A stretch of 64,000 bases of DNA from Paraspadella gotoi. Lineage: Eukaryota; Animalia; Chaetognatha. Below, piece by piece: positions 31,841-46,498 of the stretch (within the stretch, counting starts at the first letter, position 1; every line of letters starts with the position of its first letter). The stretch spans positions 16,279,245 through 16,343,244 of the forward strand of contig CM119264.1 in assembly GCA_051294375.1 (NCBI GenBank). The letters are read 5' to 3'. The position numbers were made by a program, and so were the translations under genes. The notes under the pieces are model-generated. The model was given only the letters and a program-made list of their open reading frames with translations, searched no databases and was not told the DNA's origin.

Positions 31841-33026
31841 ATCGTCGCAGCTGTTTACGATTCATTTCTTCCGCGAAAAAAAGGGGAGTTTATTCTGGCG
31901 CGGGTGACTTCATTAAAGGAATGATTAATAGCGGCCGAGCTCCGATGAAAACGATTGTGGCTGAATGAGAGAATAAAGAAATGAATGAATAAAAGGAACG
32001 AACGACTGAACGAACGGAACGGAAGAAAAAGAAAAAAACTCTAAAGAACGCGGAGACTTTGATAGATTCGATATGGAGAATAAATGAAGTTTTTTAACTT
32101 TAATGAAATTTTACTAAATTTAATGAAGTTTAATAAACGCGCGAAAGAGATGGAAAAAATTCTAAAAAGTCGTCGGTGGGAGGGGGGGTGGTGGGGAAGG
32201 AGAATCGATGAATAACTGAATAGAGAAAGAAATAAAATTTAAAGAGGAGAAATAAAGGTGAGTGAAAAGAAGGGATTAAGAAAAAGTTAGAGAAAGGAAG
32301 GAGAGATAGTGGAAAGCAGCGGAAGGCGAAGGAAAAAAAGGAAATCAAGAAAAAAAAAAGAAGGCGGAGAAAAAAAAAAAAAAGGTTGAGTTGTAGCGCA
32401 AAAGGAAAATGGAAGAAAAATGCGGGAAAAGTTGATTAAAAGAAACGACGTGAGACGAAGTAAGGAAACAAGGAAATCCCGAAGCGCAGACTGGAGGCGA
32501 TGGTGACACCGGCGGCGCCAACGGTAGCGGCAGAGTCGGCGCCTCCAGTCGGGCCATTTGGGGAGAAGAAGTCGCGAGTAGGGATCAGAGTATTTATAAG
32601 GTGTTAATTCTGCCTTCAATCCTGAGCTTAAACTTAAGCAGCGCAATTTATAAAGACAAGAGGGTGATACGATTCCCAACCTTAATTCAAACTTTTCCGA
32701 GACACTTTGTCCTTTTGTCTAAAACACTCTGCCTCCCAAAAAAACTCCCTTTATTCCGGAGGCCGAATTCCTTCGCCACTCCGGCGTCTGACAAGAAAAA
32801 AACTCTCATTCATTTTTCTGTAATTCGACTCTATTGTTAAGCTCTGATTAACTGTTATTTTTTGTACGATCGTGATTCATTTCTCAGAATCCGTTCTCTG
32901 GCGATGAAACCGTCGACGTCGTCGTCGTCGTCGACGTCGTCGTCGTCGTCGTTGGCGCAGGAACGAATACGAAGAGTTTCTTCATGGACTTTATTGACTT
33001 TGAATTCTTGGGAGAAAATAAAATTA

Positions 33027-33487
<461 letters not shown>

Positions 33488-33514
33488 TCCATCGATTCAT
33501 CCAACACAAAAGCC

Positions 33515-34248
33515 TCACTCTCGCTCTGGTTTTCGACTTCCATCCCCGTCGCCGCCATCATCGGTGCAATAGGCGCTGTGGTTTGAATTCGCCATCGTCG
33601 TCGCCTTCGTCGTCGCCTTCGTCGTCGTTCTCGCGTCGCTTTCTGACGCTTGGATCTTCGGTTCCATGACCGCTTCTCCCGCTCCCATTTCCGCTTCCCA
33701 CTGCTCCTCTCGGTACGGAAGTTCTTCGTCCTCAAGGAGATGCGTCGTCCACGGCGTCGTCGGCGTCGTCGCCATAAACGAGGGCGCTTCGATCAGCGGA
33801 ATTGGCGGCGTCGTCGTCATCGTCTCCGGCGCCGGCGTGATCGTCGGTCCCGGCGTCGAATTCTCCGCCCCTCTCTCGTTCGCCGCCGCCCTCGCCTTCA
33901 TGGACGCTTTCGCCGCTGCCGCCCTGGCCGCCGCTTCCGCCGCCGCGGTGATCAGCGCCGCCTCGAGTCGCCGCCGCCGCCAATCGGCGAGGACGCCGAC
34001 GACGACGTCGCAAACGCCGACGACGCCGACGGTGATAATTCCCGCGACATCTGGGAAAAACCTTCCGACGTCGAGGCGTCGACGCCGGCGCCATTCCTCC
34101 CCCTCGCGCATCCAAAGTTCCACGATTTTCAGCGCCAACAACGACGCCACCGTCGCCGCCGTCCAACGCGCCCACCACGCCAGGCGTCGTCGAGGGATTG
34201 AGAGATGAATAGAGAAGCCAGAGTCGGAGAAGAGGGAAGAGGAAACGG
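33515..34248 (-). CDS. Candidate terminal exon of an unknown, possibly membrane, protein
   Basis: Pyrimidine tract plus CAG acceptor just upstream of 34248; GC-rich open frame to TGA at 33515-33517 with two hydrophobic stretches (AATVASLLALKIV; VAGIITVGVVGVCDVVVGVLA) bounded by poly-Arg, then an A/T/P/E-rich tail. Upstream exons not identified and several overlapping frames are open. Confidence 0.4.
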
Positions 34249-35215
34249 CTGGAAGAAAAAGAAAAGGGAATGTTTAATATGCGATTTAATCATACAAAAC
34301 GTAACTGTTATTGTAATTTTATAATTCAGTATTTTGATTTCAACAGGTTTTAATGGCGTATAAAAATTCTCACTGAATGTAGTAGAATTTAAACTTTCCG
34401 ACTTTTTTCTTTTCTTTTCTATTCACTTATCTCTTCCGCACCCAATTATAAAAATAAAAAAAAACAAACAAACAAACTTTAAACATATAAGTTTATAAAA
34501 AAGCTGATTTCGCTTCTCAATCAGAGAAATTCCCTTCGTCTTTTCCCCCTCCAAGACAAACAAGGGCTCATTCGCACGGCTCCTTCGGCGCCATAAAAAG
34601 CGGCGCTAATGGCATCGGCGCTCTTCCGCTCAACGCCCCATTTCCGGCGCGCCCCCTGGAGAATCGCCAACTGGGAAGAGTTTATCTCACCTCTCTTTTC
34701 TTGAATCTGCCCGATCTCTTTTCTTTCTCTCTTCGTACTTTGTCCCGCGGATTCGGGGATTTCATTTTGGTGCGTCTTCCACTCTCTACTTCTCTATTTC
34801 TCTTTTTCTCGTCTCCGTCTCAAGTTTATTATTTTCTTCTATCCGCACTGTTTGTTTATTTTTTTGCTCTCACCTCTCTTCCATTGCCCACTTCTCTCCC
34901 CTCTATTTCCCCATTCCGCCGCTCACTTCTCTTTCCTCCATTCGAATGCATTCCTCCCTCATTTTCTCTCCCTCAATCTTCCATTTCCGCTTTCGCCTCC
35001 CGACTTCTCTTCTCTCTCTCCTCAGCCTTCGATGAACGTTTTCTTCGCGGGGAAGAGTCGGTTATTGGGACGTCGTCTCCGCCTTACCTTACCTTACCTT
35101 ACCTTACCTTAACTCGGACTCTATCTTCTCTTTCTTTCAGTCGTCTGTCCCCCAACATGGCGACATGTAGAAAGAAAGAAAGAAGGAAGGAAAGAAAGAA
35201 AGAAAGAAAGAAAAA

Positions 35216-35277
<62 letters not shown>

Positions 35278-35674
35278 CACTAGGATACCGGTGGAGCAAT
35301 AGCTGAACCTCTCCCTCTCTCTCTTTGTTTTTCGCCATCGACAAACGACAAGAAGACGCGACGTCATTGGAAGTCTGTCGACTAAGCGATTAAAGGATAA
35401 CTCGTCCTGTGGGATGACGAAAGAAAAACAAAGCAACATCGAGGCGGCGATCGAAGTGAGATCGGCAGGATGGGGTGTGGAAGGGAACTCGAGGGATTGA
35501 ACGGGTCTCGGGGTGGTCAGCCGGAGGAATAGGAATAGGAAGCGGGTGTCACGCTGGAAGCGAGAGTGAATGCGTGATTTATTTGTGGAGTTGGATTTTG
35601 CAACCGGTGAGTAGCGGGGGATACCCGAAAATTGCGGTTACATGGTAAGCTGGTTCCTTGCTATGAATTATCTT

Positions 35675-35737
<63 letters not shown>

Positions 35738-37422
35738 CCTCCCTTCGTCTTTGTTTTCTTCACGTGGTTAAGATGAGTCCTAATGGTGGTCATTAATACT
35801 GTTTCCTTCTGTTATGTGTCAGACATGAGGTTTAATCCTCTCCATAGTTTTTTTTCTAGCTTCAGGTATCCATCGTATATACAGACATTAGTGCAAACAT
35901 CACACCTTGATTTAAAATGCTTCTAAAATCATGTACTTGGTAATGATCATTATGTATGGCATTGGAATGTTATATTCTCAATTAGAACCATGCCATCTCA
36001 TTCCTTTCGCGGCATTTACGGGGCCAAATGGCATTTGCCACAAACACCATCCCAACTCATTCCTCTTGAGGCCGTTTCCAAGCCAAATGGCGTCGCAAGT
36101 GGAGACCAAATTTCGTGGAAAAAGTTTGTGACGCGAAGTCGAAGGAGATCAAAGGGTCGAGAGAGTCGTCGTCGTCGTCGTCGTCGTTGTCGTCGTCGTC
36201 GTCGTGGATGTCATGCTACTCTTGAAAGTTGTCAATGTCGTCTTATTCGTTCCGACATTGGTCACTGTTCTTTCGTTAACAAGAAAACCGTAAAACGGTC
36301 GTCAGCTTCGTTAAAATTGACTCATTTTTTTTTATCGTCATCGTCGTCGTTTTCGTTCGTCTTCGTTGTCGGCCGCTAGAGGCAACATCTCGCTAAGTTG
36401 CTTCCCTTGTGGAATTCTGAGGGAATCAATGATTTCGTCGCCTTCATCTTTGTTTTCGTCTTCGCCGTCGTCGTCAATACACAACTGTTCAAGTTTACGG
36501 CTCTGCTGTCAACTAGCATCGCTGTGTTTTTGTTTCTTTTTATCGGCCCTTTCTTTTTTCCAAGAAAACGTTCTCCTCCTCCTCCTCCTCCTCCTCCTCC
36601 TCCTCCTCGGTGTTTATCGGCTTCCCCCCCCCTCGTCGTCGTCGGGTGACTCGCTCTGTTTTTCCTAAAAAGTTTTATTTCAGTATTTTATCGTAAACGA
36701 GACGAATTCTGGTTTTTCCTTTTTTTTTGGACGAAGAGAGAAGTTTTTACGTTCTCGTGATCCGATTCTCGTTAAACGCGGGACTTTTTACGCCGATGGA
36801 GCGAAGAGAAAAAGGAAAGCAGGGTTCAGCCCAAAACCGGCACGAGGCTAAAGATTTCGACACGGGAAACCGAATTGTCCGATTCGTTCTTTCCTTCCTC
36901 ACTTTTCTATATCCTTGTAAACTCGGAAATCCTCAAATTCGCCGCTGCGATTCAACTTTAATATATATAGAGAATACATCGTCTTTTTNNNNNNNNNNGA
37001 AACGAATGTTTTCTCTAATATATAATATAATAATCTTAATTTCTCTGGCGCCACTAATACTTCTCAACGTCTCTGATAACGACCTCGTCATCGTCGTCGT
37101 TTATCGTTCATAATTGAGCTGGTCACTATCACAGCTCACCGATGGCATTCCCTCACTTTCATGCCACTCTGACCTTCGCCATCTTCCCCTTCGTTGCCAT
37201 CTTCCAGTCTCAGGTTTTCCCACAAAATTTTTCTCGATCGAATCGAATCGAAGATAAAATCGACGAAGAAAACCCGCGACGCCTCCGCCGCTGTGGGGGG
37301 GGGGCGGGGGGGAGAGGGGGAAGGGGAAAGGGGAGACAGAAAAATAAATGGGAGAAGAGCAAGAGAAAATGAGTGATAGGCAGAATTAAGGTCATCTATA
37401 GTAATGACACTTTAGTAGTTAT

Positions 37423-37495
<73 letters not shown>

Positions 37496-40400
37496 CCGTC
37501 TCCACAATTTCTCTAATAGATCCTCCGATTGTCCAATCTCCAGCCTCAGAAATTTCCTCTTCGGGTGAATGCAGAGATGGGCTTGCGGGGGAGGAGGAAA
37601 ATTTGGAGGCGACGGCGTCGACGACGTTGAAGAAGGAGTCGGTCCAATCGCTCGTCGACTTCTCTTCTAAATCCTTCGTTCGTCCCTGCGAGTTACGAAA
37701 CCGAGGATCCTTTGATGCTTTCAGTCAAACTATACTTTTATGGAAACGCTTAAACATCAATCCGTTCATATTTCCTCTCATCATTCTGTTCTAATCGCCA
37801 CCATCACACCCTCCCACCCCCTCACCCATTTTAATCCGATCGACCCCAAGGACGCCGCCAAAACCGTCGCGGCGACGACGGCTAATCGTAAAATCATTAT
37901 CTCTCTTTTATTTATTATCGAAGAAGAAAAAAAAAGTAAAAGAAATTCGTTGGGTCCTGAATCTGGTTTAAACTCGATCGAGAAGCCTAAGGCCCGCTAG
38001 TTCAGCCCCGATTTACCCCGCAAGGTTCAAGCGACATTTTTTTTTACGAGAGAATGTTCTTTTGTTTTTCGGTGGTTATTCGTCTGTATGGACAATTAAT
38101 TTCGTAAATGGTTCTGAATAATTGTCTCTCTTTACCTCTTTCTCTCGCTCTCGTTATTTTTTTCTCTTAAGTGGAATCGTCACGAGCCAACGCGAATCGT
38201 TACGAGCCGCGACTTCTTAGCCTCTTTTATACGCGATAGAATTCCTCCCCGGCTTGCTGAGTCTTTATACTTGTTAGTTGTTAAATCCTTTTGCCCGCCT
38301 TTCCGAGCGAATAAACGCCCACTGCCCTTCTGCTCCACGCCAACTACCCCTTTTGCCCACACCTACTGCCCTTCTGGCCCAAGACTCAGCCAAAGATATG
38401 CGCTTACTTTCTTTCACATATCCCTAACGAATTTGTTCGTCTTTGGATGTCAAGCAACCTTCACTACAATAAGGACAAACTTTTTCAAAACTTTTCCCCT
38501 CTTCTTATTTCCGTACATTCACTTCTGATCCAATGTCTTTCCAATTCTAATTTTTTTCTAATCAAAATTCAGCAACCTTTTGGAAAAAGAACAGAAGGTG
38601 AGACATTAGAAATAGTTAGTCTTTTCTTGAGAGTTAAGACGTAAGCCTGCAAAATTCCTTTCTCTTCTCTATCGCCTCTCTCCCTTTGTCCCTCACCCTT
38701 TCTCTCTTTTCTCACCGCCTGACATCGGCGCGATTTCAGACCCGCCTTCCGCGCCCGGACTGGAGATTGGTTCGCGTGGTAAGTCGCCCTCCTAATGACG
38801 ATTCGGCTCGGCCGTTGCCGCGGCGGCGGAGGTGAGGGAGTCGGTGTGATAAGGGAGCGATTGGGTTCTTTGCCTTCGGTCATTCCCTCCCACCTTTCTC
38901 CGGCTCAGTGAGGGGGCCGACGTGGCCGTGTTGCTGGCGTTTCCGCCCCTCGCTTTGCCTCCGACCCTTTTCTTAGTTTCGGCGTTCGAGCCAAGAGGTA
39001 AGTTCGGTCTTATGTCGGTCGTAAAGATCCAGTTAATAGCCGGAGTCGAACCAGAGACCTCACGGCCGCTACGAAACCTCCCCCGGATTTTAGTCCATCT
39101 ATCGGGGCGTCGGTGGCGGCGAATGCAGCGCAGGGGGAGGGGCGGCTGCAAGAAAGAATGGGAGGCGTTGTTGATGGTTGGAGTAGTTAACGAGAAGGCG
39201 ATATCGAGAGTGTAAGGAACGAGAGATGTAGACCCATGGGGAGATGGGACCCGCGGGGCCATGGACTCGTGGGGCGGATTCGGATCCCGATGAGATTCCA
39301 ATTTCGCCGGAGGTGATGATCGGCCGGAAACGCGGCTCCGATTCGGGGAGAGGGAACCAACTGACCGTCAAACTCAGAGGCGGGGGCGTCTTTCGTGGGA
39401 AAGGAGAAATCGCGAAAGGAAGGAAAGGAGGAAGAACGGTCGAGACTTGAGACGAAGCTTAACTGAATTTGCGGGGAAGCACAGGAGAGGATAAAGTCGA
39501 TGTGTGGATCAGAGAAAAAAAGAGTTTCAAAATAGATAATTGGGGAAAAAATTCATTAATGACTAAGCGTTACGGAGATTGGATGAGAAGCAAATTAAAA
39601 AGGGATAAGAATCACTACTTCGCCGAGAAGTTCACACTATACAAGGAACGAAACGATTTCCTACCACCTATCGGAAACTCTATAATGAACTGTGATTGGA
39701 TTATCGATGACATCAAATTGAAGGTGATCGCGGAAAGTTTATTCCCTAATAAGATGCGGAAGGCTTTTTTTTATCTTCTGCCGCCGTCGCCGCAAGGCCG
39801 TCGATCTTTCCACCTCGGTGCCACTTGAGCGGTTCTCGGCCGCTCTCATCTCCTCTCAAGGCCGCGACCCTTCCAGCTCCCAGCCGCTCTCATTGACGCC
39901 CAAGGCCGCCACCCCCGTCCACCGCTAGCGCCAATGGGTCCAGTGAAATGGACAGTGAGGAGGAGCCAGCACAGGGTCGGCGATTAGAGAGGAAAATAAA
40001 AAAAAGTATCGCAACGTAGAGATTGGAAAAATGACAATCAAAGAGGACCGAGTCTGAGAAGCAGGCTCATCATTTATATTGAGATGATAGCTATTTAGAG
40101 AGGGAAATTGAAGAAGATTTTAACATTTTAAAAAGTTCATTTTCGGGTTTACATTTACTTCAGAAACCTAAAAAAATTTTGTTAGTATGTAATGGGTGCA
40201 ACCAATATAAAGTTTATTTATCAATCATTCATAAATAAATAAAATAAATTGTTGAGGCCTTCTAACATCTTAAAACATCTTTTGTTTTGGTAGTTTAAGC
40301 GATTTCTTGAACGGAAACTAAGACGAAGTTCCCCAGTCATCAGGATTGACAAGTTTTTTTTCAGTCAAACTTGTTTTTGGACGAGGAACAAAATTTTCTA

Positions 40401-40558
40401 ACAGTATCAGTCGTAAGTTTTTTACACAGTTCTCGTCAAAGGCGAAAATTTAACTTAGTTTTTATAATAATATTTAAATTAAACAAAAATTGGACGTCTT
40501 CATTATCTATTTTTGGCAACTTAAAAAATTGAGTAGTTTTGTAATTTCTGCAACCAAA

Positions 40559-42408
40559 ATGACTTTCTTCGCCAGGTAATTATTCATATTCAGTCATTCA
40601 ACACAGCAGAAATTAATTCGAAAATTTAAAAAGCTCATCTTTTTAACCGTGACCATTTGTTAAAGTAACTTCGAATCTTCCAATCGATTTGGACAGGGCC
40701 CGGAGGAAGGAGTACACGCACATCCACGACGCCAAGGGAGAGCCCGTCGTCCTGGGCGAGGGTCAGTTCGGCGTCGTCTACAAAGTGAAGAGAGGCGACA
40801 AAATCTGTGCGCTGAAGGAACTGAAGACAAACGATCGCCACGCGAAGCAGGAGATCGAATTGCTCAAGGTGCCGTCGTTATCAAAACTAATTCGTAAACT
40901 TAAAATTTATGCACATTAGCAAATCTAGGTAGCAGTCAAAACTTTTATGAAATATTAACAAAAAATTAAAGATAATATGAATTTGTGGGTAAAGTTATAC
41001 ATAGATGTTATAGAGATATTAGACGTAGTCTGGACTTGACATGCGTTGGCCTCAAGGATAAAACTCCAAATATAAAAGGTCTCGCGTCTCTACTCAGTCG
41101 GTCAAGCACGACAACATCATCGAATACCACGCCTCCTACGAAAAGACGGGCCGCCTGCTCATCCTCATGGAATACGCGAACGTGGGGACGTTGACGCTCT
41201 GTGTGAATTACTTCAAGGATTCCGAAGAGTGGCGTCGTGGCCCCGGGGCCGAGTTCAACGTCTGGCGTTTCTTGGCCCAAATGGCCGACGCGTTCGTGTA
41301 CCTGCACTCCAAGCGCATCATGCACCGCGACCTCAAGCCGGACAACATTCTCGGCGTCAGATCCCAGGGAGTGCTGGCATGGAAGGTGGCCGACTTTGGA
41401 GTGGCCAAGCTCATCGATTCCGCGACCATGCAAAGCTACTACGAGCACACTATCGCCGGCACGTTGAGCTACATGGCGCCGGAAATTTTAAAGGGCGACA
41501 AGTACGACTACGCCACGGACGTTTGGTCCCTCGGCGCCATCCTTTCTTTCTACGGACACATGGGCAAGCACTGGCGAACCTTTCCCATCCAGGAATCGAC
41601 GGAGGACAAGCAGCCCGTGCCTTCGTTTTATTCCAGAGATCTTCGAGGGCTCATCGGACAAATGTTGTTGTCGAATCCTAACAACAGACCGACGATGAAG
41701 AAGATTGATGAAGAATGTCAAAAGGTTAGACCGTTAAGTTGGTATGATAATGAAAATCATAGAATGATGATTGATGTTTCTTTGTTCCTGTTGCATATCA
41801 GTTTATTTAAAAAATTTATACGGAGGCAAATAACTGTTTGAAGCAGATCTTTTGTGGCCATCGCCATCGGCACATTAAGTACAAAATTAGTCTGACAGAA
41901 GGTGCAACTTACGGTTTCGATATAAAATTATGTTCTGGGAATGACTGAATGTGATGAAGTTTTGTTGTAGCCTCCGCCCTCTTTCATTAAACCTAATCAA
42001 AAAAATCATAATTATGACCATACTGACAAACAACGTGATTCCTCTTTTGTCAAAAAGGACAACCGCCAATCAGAGAGAGAGACGACGACGGCGACGGCCA
42101 CGGCGACGGCGACGGCGACGGTGACTCGAAGTCGCAGCCACGACGACGAGGACGACGTCGAGGAACTTAGCGGGTTACATCCGGGGATCTTCTGCGACGG
42201 ATGTTCGGGTGCGGTTGACGGAAACCGATTCGTGTGTCGGACATGCGAGGACTACGATCTCTGCTGGAATTGCTTCAAGCGGAACCGTCACCGTCACCAC
42301 GACATGATCGTCCTTCGCCCGCCAGACTCAAAAAAGACTGAGATAGCGCGAAAGATGGCGCTGCTAATGTTGTTGAAGGAGATATCGAGCGAAATAGACG
42401 ACGACTGA
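40559..42408 (+). CDS. NEK/NIMA-like Ser/Thr kinase with C-terminal ZZ-type zinc finger
   Basis: Exons 40559-40575, 40697-40868, 41098-41724, 42058-42408, phase-consistent (exon 1 least certain). Motifs LGEGQFGVVY, ALK, EIELLK, LILMEYA, HRDLKPDN, DFG, GTLSYMAPE, DVWSLG, RP; ZZ motif HPGIFCDGC...RFVCRTCEDYDLCWNCF...HRHHDM. Confidence 0.88.
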
Positions 42409-42718
42409 GGCACTGGATGGGCGTGGCCGATAAAAAAAAATTGGAGGGGGATGAGCGAATGATTGCTATGCTAATGCTATCTTTTATTTTTCGCTTGATT
42501 TATCATTGTATTTATCTCTGTATGTATGACGTCAAATTTTGGGGATATTAATTCCGCTTGCCACGCTGACTTTTTGTTGGTAATTCTGCGCAATTATTTT
42601 TTTTTATTCATTAATTTTAGTTTGATACAAACGAGATACCACCAGCTGATTTTTTACAAATGTACAGGATACATTTAAATATATAATTAACTTTATATAT
42701 ATATATATATCTCTCACA

Positions 42719-42751
<33 letters not shown>

Positions 42752-44077
42752 CATATATAATATATATATATATCTCTCTTTTTCGCTGTATTTCTATGAA
42801 TTTCTCCTTTCTCTTTTAATCTTGATTCATGATGATTTCAGCAGAACAAAGGTAAAGTAAAAAGCGTATGAAAGAGAAAACAGATTCTAAGACTTTTCAG
42901 CAACACCGGAACACAAAAATGGCAGGGAATACTTCCATTCTTCCTCCCTATTTTTCTCTTCTTTTCTTCCTCTTTTCCATCATTTGTTTACTGACAGGTC
43001 TGCTTCGGAGAACAGAGTTTATCATCAGTATTGATCAAGAAAACCGATTCAACCGAAAATTAGATAGGGTGTGAACGTGATAGAGAGAAAGAGAAAGCGA
43101 GAGAGAAAGAGAAAGAGGGAGAGGGAGAGAGAGTGAGGGAGAACGTAGACAGGGAGCGATAGGCGAAACCCGATTAGGTAGAATTTCGTTGAGAAAGGTA
43201 CACATAAACCTATAAAGTGATTTTCTCGCAAGTCGTACTAAGAAAACATAAGTAAGATTAATAGTATAATTTTTCCGGAATGATTTTGACCTCAGGGGCG
43301 ATAAAAGATAGCACAGAATATACTTTTTCGTATGTAAGGGCAGAGAATTACGCGCTGAGCAGGTGAGTCTATCTGGACGATCCAAGGGGAGGGGGGGGGA
43401 AAGACCGAGGGAAAATAAGTGAAGGAAAATGGAGGCTTGACAGGAGAAGAGAAAGAAAAACTGCGGTATATCAGAAACGGAATTGGAAACCGAAAGGATG
43501 AAGAGATAAAAAAAGGAGAAAAAAAAAGGAAGGAAAGAAAGGGAGAGAGTATTTGATAATTTGAGTAAAAGAAAGGAAGAAAACGATGACTGGGGCGGGG
43601 AACTTGGGAGGAACTAAAAAGGAGCAAAGAAGGAGAGGAATACAAAGAGGAGTAGAGAGATAAGAGGAAAGTGGGTAGGAAACGAAGAATATACAAAATC
43701 GAGGAAGAGTCTAAAAATGAAAAGGAAAGAGGAAAGAGGAAAGAAGAAAGAAAAAAGGATAAAAAAATTAGATTGAGAGAAGTTGATAAGGAGCGAGTTA
43801 AGGCCATGATGCGGGCCGAGACCTCTCAGGCGGAAATGGGTAACTGAATAGGAGCAAAAGCTTTACATCTGGCTCCTTCAGCAGAGGGCGGCGACATATA
43901 AAGGTGGAGCCGTGTGTCACTTTGACCGTTGGCTAAAAAACACTCCCCCCTGGAGCAGAAGGGAAAGAAATGGGGCCAGTCTTCTTGGCAGGGCTGCAGA
44001 ATTGGATGAAAAGCGGCAAAGCCAACGCGGTCAAGAAATTTGCCGGTCCTTCAAAATGTGGAGAGGAGAGCAGAGTA

Positions 44078-44113
<36 letters not shown>

Positions 44114-46154
44114 TGAATGAAAAAATGAATCATATTGAGCGGATGTGACAGTATTTGATGAAGAGAAACTGGAAAGAAAAATCGAAAAAAAGTTCGTCGC
44201 GCGCTTTGCCGATCGGGGAGTTCGGAGTCTTTCGTCGACCGACAGAGTTTATCTTTCTACCCAATCTCCCTCGCATTCCCTTCTTGGGTTAGATCCATTT
44301 TTCGAGGCCAGGGCCTGCTGAACCAGGACTCGCACCCGATGTTTCCCAGCTGAGCCAACGAGCGACCGCGTACTTGAACAAAGGAAAAAAAAAAATCAGA
44401 AGTCTCAAGTCGGAATCCGAAAAAAGAGAAAACGAGTCGGTGAACTGAAGGAGAAGGGATGACCTTCGCTTTGTCCGCGGAGAATCGGAAGAACCATGGG
44501 CATTGGGCAATTACCTCTGCTCCTTTCACGCCAAGTTTGTTACGTTGTTATTTTTATTTTACTCTCGATAAATTCCTAGTAATTTTCTTTCCTATCCAAA
44601 CTGAAAACAATTTATTGCTTGCATCGTCGTCCTAGATTTTTTTATATTTTATTAGAGAGTTTGTAGATTTATAAACACTCTATCGTTTACTATAGATAAG
44701 ACACACACAATTAATCTGTTTCCCCCCCCCAAGGTGTTGGGTTTGGCCCGTTAATTGCGCGATTGGCGTTGGTGGCGTCGGTGGCGTTTCCGCCAACCAT
44801 GTCTATCTTATGCTTATTTTAGGGAGACAAATCCCATGACAGAAGAGTCAATTTTTATGGAGGTCGCTGCGGCAAACGAAGTCCTGGGAAATATTTTAGA
44901 CGCAATGCGTGGAAGGAGTGATTTAGTGAGACAGATGGTGAGATAGATGGAAGAAGTCAGAGATGGTGAAGAGAGACGGTGAGGAAGATGATGTGGAAGA
45001 GATGAAAGACCGGAACCATTTTTTAGATAAGAGAAAAAAAAGTAAAGGAGAAAAAAAAAGTTCGGCAATTGAGGTAGGAAAAAAAGGGGGAAAAAAAAAG
45101 GAAAAGGAAGGAGAAAAAGAGGAGGGGAGGAGGAGGAGAGGGCAAGGAGGAAGGAGAGGGGGAAGGGGGGGAATTGTCGGTTTCGTGGAATTCATTGAAA
45201 AATGGAGGAGAGAGAAGGAAAGAAGGGGGCGTGGCAGGAAGAGAAGAGTCAAAATGAGAATTTGGTTGATGACCGATAGAAAATGATGATGGAAAGATGG
45301 GAAAAAATGAAAAGATGGAAGAGGAATAGATGTTTGCGATAGGAACACATTCTAGATTAAATACCGACTCACTTTTAGTTTAAATATTGTAATTTTTTGG
45401 GTGTGTGTAAGTTGTAATTTTTTGGTTAGACCCGCGAAGGAGTTCGTTGTCAGCCATTAGTCCGATAACGTCCTGCTCTTTCGCCACCCGCCCAACCCGC
45501 TTTCTCTGAGTCCGTTAGTGGCGCTAGTGGCGCATCGATCCTCACCTTCAATCAATTTGTCTCCCGTCGCCAGCGGGTTGAGCCAACGCTGACCCGACTT
45601 CCTTAAGTTTTTTTCTTTTAATTCTTTACCCTTTCGCGAGCCTCTCTCCCTATTACAAAGAGAATTCTTTCAGTTAAATCAGTAAAATAAAGAGAAGTTA
45701 ACTCTACTCAATTCTGCGAATCAGAGTCGTGAGAGATTCTTTACTATTTCCGGCCGCCTTGGTTTCTCGGCAACAGTCCAGGCCATTCGCGTTAATCTAC
45801 AGCTTTATTCCATTTTCTGTGCAATAAGACTTTAAACGCCATCTATAGTCATTTTCTATCATTAACCACCAGTTTCATTGTTTATGGCTTGGATTTCGTC
45901 TTTATCAGTCGGAATTATTTCAACGGAAGTCGGGTGGGCGTCGCCGGAATTGGCCCCAGCCTCTGAGTGCGGGATCCAATGGCAGTTGGAGAAGTTGCAG
46001 CGGGCAAGAAAGCAGACGCGATATCCCGAAGCTGCTTTGGAGGGGCGGTGGCGGAGGTTGGGATGTCGTCGGCTTGAGTCATCCAGTTTCTTCATATGGG
46101 AAAGAAAGAGAGAGAGAGAGAGAGAGAGANNNNNNNNNNNNNNNNNNNNNNNNN

Positions 46155-46230
<76 letters not shown>

Positions 46231-46352
46231 AACAATCCAGAACAAAGAGCCAGGAAATGAAAATATGAGAAGAGCGAGAGAAATATCGGTTTGATCGGAG
46301 AAGAGAGGTGAAAAGAGAGAAAGAGACGACGAGAAAAAGAAAGAAAAGAAAG

Positions 46353-46383
<31 letters not shown>

Positions 46384-46458
46384 AAAAGAAAGAGAAGAAG
46401 AAAGAAAGAAAGAAAAGAAAGAAACGAAAAGACTTGGATTACCGGGAGCAATAGCAGA

Positions 46459-46498
<40 letters not shown>

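Noticed and set aside
36000-39990. Several GC-rich ORFs upstream of the kinase
   Set aside because: No recognisable motif or phase-consistent exon chain; hidden exons cannot be excluded.
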